This document shows positions 26,780 through 39,092 of a DNA stretch of 64,000 bases, in pieces. Position 1 is the first letter of the stretch; every line of letters begins with the position of its first letter. Below the pieces are notes generated by a model. That model was not told where the DNA came from. It did not search any database and was given only the letters and a program-made list of their open reading frames with translations. The translations under genes were made by a program, and so were the position numbers. Source of the stretch: Lobosporangium transversale. Its lineage: Eukaryota. The DNA lies in contig NW_019028988.1 in the NCBI RefSeq assembly GCF_002105155.1, positions 248,001-312,000 on the forward strand, read 5' to 3'.

Positions 26780-27438
26780 TTAAGCTGTGGATTGAAATCT
26801 GACGGACCATTCATTCCATGATCCTGGATAGTGTCGGACATGACTGTAGCCCAACTCCTGTGCCTGTCCAAACGCAAGCCTTGAGCGTCGACCTGATCTG
26901 CAATAGAAAATGACTTCGTCATCCTTCCCAAACCGTTTAAACCCTAGTTAATGATTATTGGTAATCAAAAGGAGGAAGGAATACTTATTTTAATCTTTTT
27001 TTTTTTTTTTTGCATATTTGTCCTTTAATTAATTTTGCGCAGTATTGTCATTTCCTTTATCAATGCTAATTGTGACAGAAAGGTGCGTTATCATACCATA
27101 TTGCTGTTCGAATTCTTGCTCTGATAATGTAGTCAAGGCATCATGGAGTTTCGAGAGTGGAATCGAATGCGCTGTAGGGATCACACCAAGATCGGTCTCG
27201 TTAGGGTCACGGACATCGATCAGCGGTACCTTATTTAAATAAATAAATAAATAAAATGAAATAAAGGATATTAAATATTACGGAAATATATAAAAAATGG
27301 AGGAAAGAAGGATGCTGAAGAATATGAGAAAGGTAGTATATGAATAATCGCCATTACAATTCTGTCCTTCTGATGGATAAGATCCTGAATCTCTTCGAAC
27401 GTCGCTTCTTCGGGCTTTGTCTGCTGGTGAGTGGTCAT
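26780..27438 (-). CDS. Single-domain rhodanese / thiosulfate sulfurtransferase (Rdl1-like), 3 exons
   Basis: Not recovered by the ORF track. Spliced product MTTHQQTKPEEATFEEIQDLIHQKDRI|VPLIDVRDPNETDLGVIPTAHSIPL...QY|GFKRFGKDDEVIFYCRSGRRSRLAFGQAQELGYSHVRHYPGSWNEWSVRFQSTA* has the active loop CRSGRR and the YxGSWxEW signature. Confidence 0.93.
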
Positions 27439-27700
27439 GATGGAGCTTATCCTGTAATTGCTGGTTAATATAAGAAGTAGGGCAAGTAAAAAAGAAAAAA
27501 AGAAAGAAAGAAAGAAAGAAAAGATATTCAATCCAACTTATGAATACATGAAATCTTACAAGGGTTGAGAGAGTCAGAGATGAATCCATGATTTTGTTTA
27601 TGAATGGCGCAATATTGGGACTAACATTGTCCAACGATGTACTTTTTTTTAAAAAAAAAAAAAAAAATCTTATTTTATTATCATCTCTATTTGATATATT

Positions 27701-28412
27701 TCAATGGTTCATGAGTTGCTCACTAAACGACGAATATACGATTGCTGAAAACGCTTGCAGATCCTTGACCAAGGCTAGACTCTCAACATATTCGTTCGGA
27801 ACCCCATTGATAATCAAATGCACCTGTCTTGTCACCAATGGTAACAATGAAGCCAGTGGTACGGCTCGGTCCATATCATCCTCATTCTCAATTTCTTCAA
27901 TGCCAGAGCCCGGGTTTCTGGGTGGGGTCAGGAGGAATGGATTGAATGTTGGCTGGAATGCAAGGTTAAAGCGCGCAAAGGTCGTTGCTAAAGTCGAGCT
28001 CAAGACCGTTGCAAAATCGTTGCTATCAATGAAATCCCGTGTCTCATCCAGCAAATTGCGGAGCATTGGATCTACCGTCAGATCAGCTTCATCCACGCCT
28101 CCTGCCCTCAGTACTTCGTACTCTTCTGCAACATCGTCCGGAAGCATATATTCACGCATACTTTTAGGAAGCAATGAAGTATTCAAAAGTATATATAAAA
28201 GAGTTTGATATTGTGTATCAGTAAAGAGACTACAATATATAATATCCTATATCATCCATATGCACTTTGCTTTGCTCATTACTCATTTAGCCAGATGTAA
28301 ACTTACTTGATTGGGATACGCTTGCCATCTACCTCAGCATATTCAAGCCGGGATCGAATCTCTGCAAGCAGCTCAGAAAATTCCTTGGCAGTAAAAGTTC
28401 TCTTCAATGAGA

Positions 28413-28447
<35 letters not shown>

Positions 28448-29829
28448 CCACGTGAGTATATTTCAGAACTTGTTAAAAGCCGTTGATAACGAACATCTTA
28501 CGCTCAAATAGTGGCATACACTAATATAAAAAAAAACTTACCTTCCAACGATATCATCAACTACTTCACGAACCTTCTCACTCCATCGACGCCAACCTTC
28601 ATGTAGAAGCCAGTAGCTGAAAGTCAGATATTTCTTCTCGGTTTGAAAATCCAAGAGTCCATTGACTGATGTCAATGATCCCTTGGGCGCTGGGGATTCT
28701 ACGCGGTAGGATGCATCTGTGGTATTGGAAAGGGCAACGACCGAGGAAACGTATGTGAAACGCCCCAAAAGATTGAGTTGAATTTGTGTGAGTAGTGTCA
28801 GGAGTGTAAGAGAGTAAAGTGCTGTAATCGTGCGCGTAAAGCTCATGATCTTGAGTTCAGTCCATAATTCAAGTTTCACACGGCGGTCGATCAAAGCTGC
28901 GGTCTCATCAATGGCAGTAGCTTGAAGCCGTGCGGTGGATTCCTCTGAAACGTTGCGTTCCGTAGAGTCTTGCTCTTTCTCTTGTTCTTGCCTCCGCTCC
29001 TGCTCTTTCTCTTTCTCTTGCTCCGTCTCTTTTGCCTCCTGGGCCTTTTCTTCAGACGTAGATCCATTAGCGACAGATTCTTCCTGGGCAATCTCTTTAT
29101 CTACCTCTACTTCTTTGTCAGGCAGTGCTACGATATGACCATTCTCTGCGTTGGCATCAGCCTCGTGCTTTTCAAAGCGACCATTGATCTTACTATTCAC
29201 TTCTAGCTCTTGTGTCGCAGTCTTTTCCGCTGCTAATACCTGGTCATCTTTGCTCGTTTCTTCAGTTTGATCTATTGGCTGTTGCTGCTGATTCACTCCG
29301 TTGGCTCCATTATCTTCTGATGACGTTACTACTGCAGCAGCTGTCGATGCTTCGGTATCATCTAAAGGTTTTGGTGGCAAGATCATAGAGCTGTCAGGAG
29401 TAGGCATGGGTGTTGATCGCTGAGATCTAGACTGCTGCAGCTTGGTGGTGATCAGTTCTACATTGAGCTCATGCAGAAGCTGATCACCCAGCGTCGGTAG
29501 GAGTGAAAGCACTGTGAAGACACAGTCTTGTTGGTTTTGCTCGAACCGACGTTTCATACTTTTTTTAGTCGGTCAGAAGTGAAAAAATAAAATAAGATAG
29601 AAATCGTAAGTAGAAATGACAATGAAGGATGGTATAGCTATGCATAGTTCATGAGAGCTTGGGCGGTATACTTTTCTTTGGCTGTCCTTTCCGATGCAGA
29701 CTTCTCCTGAAACTCGATGAGCTTGGTTTTGGCGTACTTGCCCATCAGGTAGATTCCACCTGTGACACCAGCCGTAACAGCCAGACCACGCCGGTGTCTA
29801 CTAACAAAGCCCTGAACTGCAGATAGCAT
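27701..29829 (-). CDS. PEX3: Peroxin-3 (4 exons)
   Basis: N-terminal RHRR plus TM segment, KENMKRRFEQNQQDCVFTVLSLLP, KLELWTELKIMSFTR, QIQLNLLGR, YLTFSYWLLHEGW, LLDETRDFIDSNDF, C-terminal FSAIVYSSF. Confidence 0.95.
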
Positions 29830-30174
29830 TTAGACAAAGAAGGAAGACGATCCTTTTTTAGGAAGAAGACGTGGGTAGAAGGTATAAAGAAAGAAAAAAG
29901 TGTGGAGAGAAGAGATTTGAAATGAATGGTAGAATAGGCTATTTGTTCGGCTTGTCGGCTGGAAAAAACGTTCGGTTTTTTGCTTCTGTCCTCCCTTTAC
30001 ACACGCCGATTTGCACGTGAGAGCAAAGTTGCAATTGACGAATTCATCCCTGGGAAAGTTCTCAAAGTATTAGAACACAATCTTACGACATTGGGCTTAT
30101 AACCTTTTCGCATTTCATTTCATTTCCCTCTTTTTTTTTGAAGCATTATACACGCGTAACACGAACATACGAAT
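29830..30174. promoter_or_regulatory. Compact divergent promoter region between PEX3 and BET4, with a CACGTG E-box at 30014-30019
   Basis: Head-to-head start codons 346 bp apart. Confidence 0.55.
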
Positions 30175-32524
30175 ATGGTATCTACGTCGTGCACAACAGC
30201 ATTCGGCTTGAACAAAAAGTACCAGCAAGGAGCAATGGCTGACTTCTACTTTGGAACTTCCACGCTTGTTTAGGAAGGTCGCCACGGACAAAAGAAAGAG
30301 AAGGTGGAGTCACCTGAGTTACTCAAGGCTAGACAGGACCGTGAGGCTGTCCTCGTACGCGAGTACTGTAGCCTCAAGGACTCACTCAAAAATATCGTAT
30401 GTTAACAAGCAACTCTATCATCTTTTCTAACCGTGGTTGGGGTTTATTTGATAGTTGCTCGTTGGGTTGGACATGGTTCTCAAAATAATAATTTTTTGTT
30501 CTTCCTTCTTCCTTCTTCCTCTAATGGACCAATAGATGAATTCCAAGAAGAGAGATAATGATGCTCTTAGAGTTACTACTCTACTGCTTCGCAAAAGTCC
30601 TGACTACTATACCATTTGGAATGTGCGTCGAATTATTCTCCAGGAAGGGTTCCTTGATAAAGCGTAAATAGCCTTTAGGTTGGACTGTAAGAAAGTAACC
30701 ATTCGACAAAAAAAAAAAAAAGAAAGTATAGGATTGACATGTTTTGTCGATTTTTTTGATACATAGAGATGATGAAGCCGTCGACAAGATTTACAATGGC
30801 GAACTTGAATTTGTGCAAGAGAATCTGAAATTGAATCCAAAATCTTACTGGATGTGGAACCACCGCCGATGGTGCCTAGAGCACATGAAGCAACCTCATT
30901 GGGACAGGGAGCTTGCTATGGTGAGCAAGTTTCTCGAGCTAGACGCTCGCAACTGTAAGTGTAATTCCAGGATAAAATGGAGTGAGAAGGGACCTGAGAA
31001 TGATGTCATTCTGATAATAATCTTCGATTTTTTTAAAGAGTGTTCGTGTCTGATACCAGACCATCAATTTTGATTTTTCAACATGATGCTGATATTACTG
31101 ATATTGACATTGTTTGCCCATGCACTTTTTGTGGTGTGTATGTAATAACAGTCCATGGTTGGGATTACAGAAGATACATTATTCGGCAGTTGGATCTCAA
31201 GGACCGTAACGCTACGGAAAGAGTTCTAGAACGCGCTCAATCAGAATTTGACTTTACAGCGAAAAAGATCAGTCAAAACTTTTCAAACTATTCGGCATGG
31301 CATAACAGAAGTACATTGCTGATTAAGTTGTCTCAGGATATGACAGAGGAAGAAAGGCAAGCAGCAGCGGACAATGAATTTGATCTCATCAAGAATGCGA
31401 TTTACACCGATCCAGAGGACCAGAGTGCGTGGTTATATGACCTGTGGCTCATTGGAAAAGGTAATCATGGACCGTGTTTTACTGAAAGAAAAAAAAAAAA
31501 AAAAAAAAAAAAAAGAGTTTATCTGACGCTGTGCTGATGCAAATTGGCATGGATCATCCCTCGATCGATTAACTACTTGAAAATAGAGGAGAGAAGTATC
31601 TCGGTCCTTGGTGCGACTGTGATCTCATTTCACCCATTGGAGGTGGTTGTTGCGTTTGATGAAACAGTTAAGCTTTGCAACCCTTTCACAGTGTCAACCA
31701 TGCTGGATCATGTCGCTGTGCCATTACAGGGAGAATGGAAGGCTACAGGGTCAGACTCATCCATGGGTAGTATCTGGATCTTTCAGCAAGCGCCAGGCGC
31801 AGAGTACGGGCCTACTGTCGAGATTGTAATCTTTCCAGACGATGTCTGTGGTGTTAGGTCAGGGTCGCGACTCACCTCGGCGGTTTGCTTTGAAGCTGAG
31901 ACGTTGGAACAGGACTTTAGCAACATTTCAGGTCGACTTAATCGGCTGGCCATTGGACAGAACTTGATGTGTGATGTTAGCAAGCGTATTGGACCAGTTC
32001 CAGAGCCTGATGGCACCATGGAGACACAAAGAACGAAGTCAAAGTTCCTTGTCACGTCTTTGACAACATCTAACTCGCTTAAGGATAGAGTTACATTGCT
32101 GGACCGCGAAATTGCTGTTGTTCGTGAGTTGATGGAGCTAGAGCCAGATAGTAAATGTAAGAAGCAAAACCACTTTTCTTTGTCTCGAAGAGGATCCACG
32201 CCGATTGAGGCCAGCCCATAGTTCCCATACATATTGTTTTTTTTTTTTTTGTATTATTTTGTACTATTTGTTTGGTAGGGCCAATCCAAATCCTTTCAAC
32301 ATTGTTGTCGGAGCTTCGTGAGACAGTTAGTATTCACTCTGCACAAGCCAAGACCATTGATGATGAGTGCATAGAGCTTCAGGAAAAACTCATTTCAATC
32401 GATCCCCTACGCCAAGAGCGATATGAGGACCGTCGTAAGTACATTTATTGTTATTTATAGTTTCTATTCTGTGGGAATCTGGACGACTTGGCGAGTAGTC
32501 GGTTATCTAACGAAACAAACAAAC

Positions 32525-32556
<32 letters not shown>

Positions 32557-33212
32557 TTTTCATGTCGTTCTCTAAAGGAACACAGCTTGTATTCGATCGT
32601 GAAACACTGCATTTAATCAAGGACTCTAAGCGTTTTCCGGAAATTGAATTTGCAGACGAGCAGCCGAAGGATCTGGACCTGTCTATGCGAGGATTGACAC
32701 ACATCCCGATCTCGTCATACCTGATGCACCTCCACACCCTCAATTTGGATTCCAATGCCATCACCTCGACTCGTTTCCTTCGTAACCTGCTCAATGTCCG
32801 CCATTTGAATTTATCCAATAACTTGATTGAACAGCTTGAAGGTTTACAACATGCTCCTAGTCTAGAGTTTTTGTTGTTAGAGAACAACATGATTGCCAAG
32901 TGGGAAGACGTGGTTGCAGGCTTTGTGTTCTGGCACGAAGGGAAATTAGGACGTACTGGTGCACAAGTCAAAGTCCTGCTAGGCGGTAACCCTGTTGTCG
33001 AAAATGAAGGTGGTGAGTATGTCTTGGAGAAGCGATGGGAAGACGTAGGCGAAGTTGGGGTGGAGATCCAATGGAAGACGGAAGAGCTTCGACTTCAAGA
33101 GGAAGCATTAATGGGTGCTGAGGGACCTGTTGGTGTGGGTAACACTCATGCAGACGGTAGTCGGCGCGTGAGTACAACGACTGTCGAATTTGATGCTGGT
33201 ACCTCACATTAA
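30175..33212 (+). CDS. BET4: Rab geranylgeranyltransferase (type II) alpha subunit, 8 exons, with inserted beta domain and C-terminal LRRs
   Basis: PPTA repeats PDYYTIWNVRR, NPKSYWMWNHRRW, LDARNFHGWDYRR, NFSNYSAWHNRS, YTDPEDQSAWLY, ELEPDSKWP, IDPLRQERY; the first coding exon is only the ATG, followed by a GT-AG intron. Confidence 0.93.
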
Positions 33213-35188
33213 GAAAAATAGTATGGATAGTCTGGTCTCAAAATGTTCTACATCCATAGCCAATAAATACAGGCACAATTATACAGTCCTACGTCTAAAA
33301 ACGCGTGGGCATCCGCACCCAAAAAATGAAGGTAATAAAGGAAGGCTTTCGCCCCCTGCATTTTGGTCATTTATGTCAATTAACCTGATTCATGATGTGT
33401 CCATCTGTCGACTTGTTTTTTTTTATTTACATATACCCATCCTTGTCTTTGTCTTTGACTTTATTGGTATCGTTGTTGCCATACTGCCCATCAAGTAATA
33501 AAGAGCTTTAATGTGATTTTATCAATCCGGTTTTCGGGCCATAATGGTGCAACCACACAATGGAAGGAGTGTGGTTGCTTCGTCTTGTTATTTTCTTCCC
33601 GCGGTCAAAGGATTTTTGCCGAGGGCCTGAAAACAACAACAAAAACAAAACAAAAACAAAAAGGAATGTTTGATTTAAAAGTCCAAGAAATGAACAGGAA
33701 GGATAGGGTGATTAGGACGGAAAGGGGATAAGGACATAAAAAGTAAGCTGCATGCAATGCATGCCTGCTCAAAAAATGACAAAAAACACACACATTTACA
33801 CACTGTGGAGAGAAAGCTGCGTATAACCAACACAGAGCTTCGGCAGGGGGAGGATACGTCTCCTCTTTTCAGCCATTCTTTATTTTGTCATGCACCAGCC
33901 CCGTACTTTCCCTCTTGCACCTATTTATCCATTCATCTGGCCATCATCTCTTCACTACAGTATCGTCGCAAGCATTCGTATTTTCCCGCATCCATCTGAA
34001 ATGATTAAAAGTCTAATAATTATCACACTAATACTTTGAATTACGAAAAAAGTCAAGATCAGAGACTATGTGTCTATGTGTTTGGGAGAGAAAAGACCAT
34101 CATTGACACTAGTGATCATTTATAATTATGATTATATTATATATCAGCCTGCTCTGTTTTATACCCATAATATTTTTATATTTTAGTCCACATCTCTGTG
34201 AATTTGGAATGGATCGTTGTGAGCCTGGGAGCGAAAAAAAAAAAAAAAAAAAAAAAAAAATCAAGCTTGGGTCTCTTTGCCTTTGATTATTCAAAAACAA
34301 CTTTGGGTATGGCGTGGTCTGTACCACATCATGAGGGAGCACAGTTGATAAAGACTTGTGGAGGCCGATCAACATGTCAGCATACCGATTTCCCTTGTTT
34401 GGATTGACGATAAAAGTCCAGATCATTTCTTTTCCTGAGCTTTCAGGCCCTCCCATGTCCCGTGCCCCATGCTAATCCATCCCGTCAGCCAAACTACATG
34501 TAGCTATTTATTATAAATATACAGACATGTCTTGACCCACTCATGTACACTTTTTTTTTTATCGTGCACAATGCAGAATCAGGGCTCAAACCACTAAATA
34601 AGAAATGTATAGAGGATGTACAGAAATACTTTTATCTTCATCTCCTCATCTTTATTATTTTTGTTTATTTTATTTTGGTCATAGTCCGTTTCGTTGGTTC
34701 GTTCATTTTTTTCCATCATGTGTACCGATGTTTATCTCGCGATTTGAATGCGTATTTTGTGTTCAAGTGCAACGCTACAATTGCCACCTCTCAATCTTCT
34801 GTTCCCAATTGTTTAAAGAGGCTGTGTGTGCCCTCAGTCAATGACGGATAACAACGACAAGTCAGGGTGAAAAAAAAAAAAGTTTTTTGTGACAAAAAGT
34901 GTGCACCATCCTTTATTCCGTCCAATTAGTTCATTTCATCTGTAACTCCCTTGCTCTTTCTTTGTTTCTTCTTTTCCTTTCCTTCCCTTTTCTCTTCCTC
35001 CTTTCTTTATCTTTCACCTGCTTGCTTCCCTTCTATTCCTGTGTCAAATAGCCTTCCCCGACAATTGTTTGTGTGTGCTCACTTCTCTTTCTTTCACTTC
35101 TTAACCATTCCCGTCCCCACGATCTATGCTCTCTTAATGCCTTCTCTCTCTCTTGTTCATATTTAATTAAATCACGCACAATTTATCA

Positions 35189-38100
35189 ATGTCGCCATTA
35201 TCATCATCATCACAACGCCCATCCTCCTACTCCTTCTCTTCTTCTTCTCCATCAATTGCATCGTCCACATCCAAACTCATGCCCTCGTCTTTACCCTCCA
35301 CCCGATCTATGCCTCCGGAATGTCTAGAACGTATCGTCTTCCATGCTTCTCAGGACCATCGTGTCCTCTGTACACTAATGCAGGTCAACTCTACACTCTT
35401 TCAAATGGCCACTCCTTATCTTTATCGAGAGGCATTCCACTTTCAGTTCGGAGATGAGTTTATCCTTGACTGGAACACTGAGGCGTGGACTCGACATCTG
35501 AGAGAGGTTCGACATACAAAACTGCTGCTCCTCTACTTATCTTGTACAGAACCCGTTCAATCTGCCTTGTCGCCATCATTATCATTATCATCATCATCAT
35601 CATCATCATCAACACCGTCCTCATTATCATCGTCACTATCTTCATCAGCATTATCTTCAGCTTTCTTGTCACCACATACCGATCTACTCAACAGCACTGC
35701 TACTTTATCAGCAGCATCAGGGCAAACAGTAGGGGCAAAACAAGAGCCACCTGGACCAAAGTCTGGTGCTGTGTCAACTAAAGCAACAGCTGGGGCATGT
35801 CCTACGATTCAACGAAATAAATACTTGAGGAGATTGAGTATGTTACAGGGTCAAGGTCAACGACAACATGAGTATGTTGAGCCACAGGATAATGACAGCG
35901 TCAATAACGACGATAGTAGGAGTCATTCTCTTCCAATGTCCTCCTTGTTCACTGGTTCTGCTGTCAGCCGCATTCCTGCATCGTTAGAAACACTTCTTAA
36001 AACCTATATTGATTGCCTCGAGTCACATAGTGACACAACTAACGCAACAATGGGCTCTTCTATATCAGCTTCCATGAAACGAAAGCCTGGCAACAGTTGT
36101 GGTAGTATCGGCATACGCAAGGGCAAGCAGAGAGGTACCTCCAATAAATGGACAGGACAACGACAACGGACAGTCAATTATCTAGACTACGTGGAACACT
36201 TGGACCTCGACATCTTTCTCACAACAGCTATCCAAAATCTCTTCTCTCTATCCTCGCTGTCCTCGTGCTCATCATCAAAAGGAAAGCGACGTCTATCAAC
36301 TGGCTTTCTTCCTAGTCAACATCATGGATCCTCAAGATCGAAGTCTTATCTGTCCGAAAGGGTATTTATTGAACAAGTCCTTTTCCGATCCACTGCCCAA
36401 CATATCACAACACTATCGCTCTCAGTGACAACCTTTGCACGTTTACAACGGGATTTGATGGAGTATATTGTCACTCCTTCTTCATCCATGGCAACAGCAG
36501 CAGCAGCAGCAGCACAAAGGGAGCGAACGCCAAAGACCAAGAACGGTGCGGGCGTTTGGGAAGGTGCACCGCTCTCTCAGCTCTCCCGCTTGAACATATC
36601 TGGACTGCATGCGGAGCTCAAGCCAAGAGTCTTAAGAGCCATTCGCTGGTTTTTGCGCCGGCACGTGGCTGTATACCCTGGAACTCTAACAGCTATTTCT
36701 TTGGAGGGTGCTGGTGATTCGATCGTGAACCGAAGACGTCAACGGAATCGAAATGTGGTCGCTGCAGAACCTGTACAGCCAGGAGTTGTTCATTTTAACC
36801 ACCAAGATGCAGATTATTATGATGAGAACGAAGTGATAGATGAGCTGGAAGAGGAGGAGCAGCCAGGACATGGGCACCATAACCACCACCATCACCTATA
36901 CCAGCATCAGCAACCACAAACCACAAACCATCATCAATATCCCCACCACCATCCTTTACACTACCATAATCTGCCCTTGAATGGGGGGCCTAACGGCGTG
37001 TTATTTGTCGATGCCGCTGGCCAGATCAATAACATCCTTAACGGAGGCAATAACGCTGCTGCTGCTGCTGCTGCTGCCGCACAAGCAGCTGTGGCATTCC
37101 CCGGAGTCTTTCATTCGCAGTATTATTTACTAAACCGAAACCCGGATCAATCATGCGAGATAGATTTCCTGTGCGTCTTTCAGGAGCTACAAGGGCAGTT
37201 AAAAGTCTTGGATCTGTCCCAGTGGTCTTGGAGCGTGATTACACATCAAGCATTAGATCTGATCCCGACTAGCCATCTGACGACTCTTCGATTCCATCCC
37301 CGGACCAGGATTCAATCTCCTCATGGGTCTCTGTTCTTGTCACGATGCCCTATGCTGAAAGACCTAGAGATCCATGCTTTCGATGCAGGACTACTCGATC
37401 TGGATAATAACAGCTATTACAGCGCTTTCATGAACACCAATGGTAGTAGTAGTGAAGGTGGTAATGACGCCAATGTAGGCGTGAATACAACTACTCTAAG
37501 TTCTATTCATCAGCACCAACAGCAACAGGAGCATCAGCTCATGTCCCCCTCAATGTCAATCTCAACCCCTGACCTTACCTCTACATCAATAACTGGATCT
37601 TCTTCCTCAGTGACAACATCACTTCAATCATTGTCGCTAACAGGGAGTGTCCAAAATGTGCTGCCAGCTGCCAGCGATGCCATTCGGATTATGGGAAAGT
37701 CTCTGACAACACTCGAGCTCACTGGGCATCTCGATGGCTTTCTGTCAGCTCAGCAAACACACCGTCTAATGGACTGGAGCGTTTCACTTTCAGACATGGC
37801 TCTTCCGCATCTAACCACCTTGCAGCTCCATGGCCATCTCGCTATGACGTTTGAGGTCCCTTTATTGTTAGAGCTCTGTCCAACCTTGAGGAAGCTTGGA
37901 TTGACAATCAGGTCGTACACTAGTACAAGCTTTATCCGTTCAGAGGCTGCACGTGTTCTGCCGCGATTTATGGTACCATGGGAAAAGAAAGAAAAAGAGA
38001 TGGCGAACTCTGATCCACAAAGTCATGGCTCAGTCTCGAAAGAAGCTCGAAAGTTTTGCTTACGAGAACTGCACTTAGAGGGCCCATGGATCCTGACAGA

Positions 38101-38956
38101 TAAAGATATGACCCAATTAGGCGAGCAGATTTATGGCTTGGTGGTTTTGAATCTGGTTGAATGCCGATTTTATCCCAACCAGCGACGTCGGATGGTGAAC
38201 GAGGAAGACAGGGTGGAAGAAGATTTGGAACGCTGTGGTGATCCGGAGGTTGGCAAGAGCAGTCATGACATTGACAGTGATCAGGAGCAGGCTTCTCCAG
38301 TTGTGCGTCTTGTAGAGCGTATGCAGGGGACGCTTCGTATCTTGAGAGTCCATCGTCGTGGGCTTGAAGGAAAGCCACGTCGTGACTCTGCTGACTATTC
38401 ATCATCCATCCTGCCCAGCAAAGTCCCCGCCACCTCATCGACTTCCCTTGACGCTTTTCATGACAGTAATAACAACAAAAGCATCATCAATAGCGGGAAC
38501 CTCTCGACAGCTCACATTTCATTACCATCACTTCCACAATCTTCTTCGTTACCCAGAGAGTCTGTTCTCGAATTTAAGAAACGGTTCCCATTGATCGAGT
38601 TGCAGATTCAAGAGAGACAACACGAGCATAGTTTTGTGTTAGCTTCCTCTGCAGAGACCCTACGTCGGATCCATCAATCACCACGGCCTGCACGGATTCC
38701 AACCCATTTCTCAGACCTGTTGGGACAGCCAAGTTCACCCTCAAGATTACATGATTTTCAAGCTCAGAACTCTGCATGGCGGAGGGTTCAACATGCAATG
38801 CCATTTTTGAAGATCTTCCAGAGACGGCCTACGTACACGCCCAATGGATACGAGAATCATTTGATTCGGTCTTGGGGCCGTCCTTCTGAACGCTTTGCAT
38901 GGTTGTTGCCAACCAGACGGCGGAGCTCTGTGCCAAACATCAATGTCACATTTTAG
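35189..38956 (+). CDS. 1255-aa F-box-like / LRR(RNI-like) protein with low-complexity insertions, intronless
   Basis: MPPECLERIVFHA...LCTLMQVNSTLFQMATPYLYREAF resembles an F-box; repeated LxxLxL motifs (LKVLDLS, LTTLRFH, CPMLKDLEI, LTTLELTG, CPTLRKLGL, LRELHLEG). Confidence 0.8.
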   Translation: MSPLSSSSQRPSSYSFSSSSPSIASSTSKLMPSSLPSTRSMPPECLERIVFHASQDHRVLCTLMQVNSTLFQMATPYLYREAFHFQFGDEFILDWNTEAWTRHLREVRHTKLLLLYLSCTEPVQSALSPSLSLSSSSSSSSTPSSLSSSLSSSALSSAFLSPHTDLLNSTATLSAASGQTVGAKQEPPGPKSGAVSTKATAGACPTIQRNKYLRRLSMLQGQGQRQHEYVEPQDNDSVNNDDSRSHSLPMSSLFTGSAVSRIPASLETLLKTYIDCLESHSDTTNATMGSSISASMKRKPGNSCGSIGIRKGKQRGTSNKWTGQRQRTVNYLDYVEHLDLDIFLTTAIQNLFSLSSLSSCSSSKGKRRLSTGFLPSQHHGSSRSKSYLSERVFIEQVLFRSTAQHITTLSLSVTTFARLQRDLMEYIVTPSSSMATAAAAAAQRERTPKTKNGAGVWEGAPLSQLSRLNISGLHAELKPRVLRAIRWFLRRHVAVYPGTLTAISLEGAGDSIVNRRRQRNRNVVAAEPVQPGVVHFNHQDADYYDENEVIDELEEEEQPGHGHHNHHHHLYQHQQPQTTNHHQYPHHHPLHYHNLPLNGGPNGVLFVDAAGQINNILNGGNNAAAAAAAAAQAAVAFPGVFHSQYYLLNRNPDQSCEIDFLCVFQELQGQLKVLDLSQWSWSVITHQALDLIPTSHLTTLRFHPRTRIQSPHGSLFLSRCPMLKDLEIHAFDAGLLDLDNNSYYSAFMNTNGSSSEGGNDANVGVNTTTLSSIHQHQQQQEHQLMSPSMSISTPDLTSTSITGSSSSVTTSLQSLSLTGSVQNVLPAASDAIRIMGKSLTTLELTGHLDGFLSAQQTHRLMDWSVSLSDMALPHLTTLQLHGHLAMTFEVPLLLELCPTLRKLGLTIRSYTSTSFIRSEAARVLPRFMVPWEKKEKEMANSDPQSHGSVSKEARKFCLRELHLEGPWILTDKDMTQLGEQIYGLVVLNLVECRFYPNQRRRMVNEEDRVEEDLERCGDPEVGKSSHDIDSDQEQASPVVRLVERMQGTLRILRVHRRGLEGKPRRDSADYSSSILPSKVPATSSTSLDAFHDSNNNKSIINSGNLSTAHISLPSLPQSSSLPRESVLEFKKRFPLIELQIQERQHEHSFVLASSAETLRRIHQSPRPARIPTHFSDLLGQPSSPSRLHDFQAQNSAWRRVQHAMPFLKIFQRRPTYTPNGYENHLIRSWGRPSERFAWLLPTRRRSSVPNINVTF

Positions 38957-39092
38957 AAATTTAGAATAAAATAATAATAAAAAAGTTCAATCAAAGCTCA
39001 ATTGCATTTTAGCTATCATACAATACGCATCGCATTATGGTAAAGGATAAAGATAAATAAATAAATAAATAAAATAGGCCATAAAAAAATTT

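Noticed and set aside
27263..27272. U12-type 5' splice site ATATCCTTT on the minus strand
   Set aside because: It lies inside a normal GT-AG rhodanese intron whose exons already join in frame.
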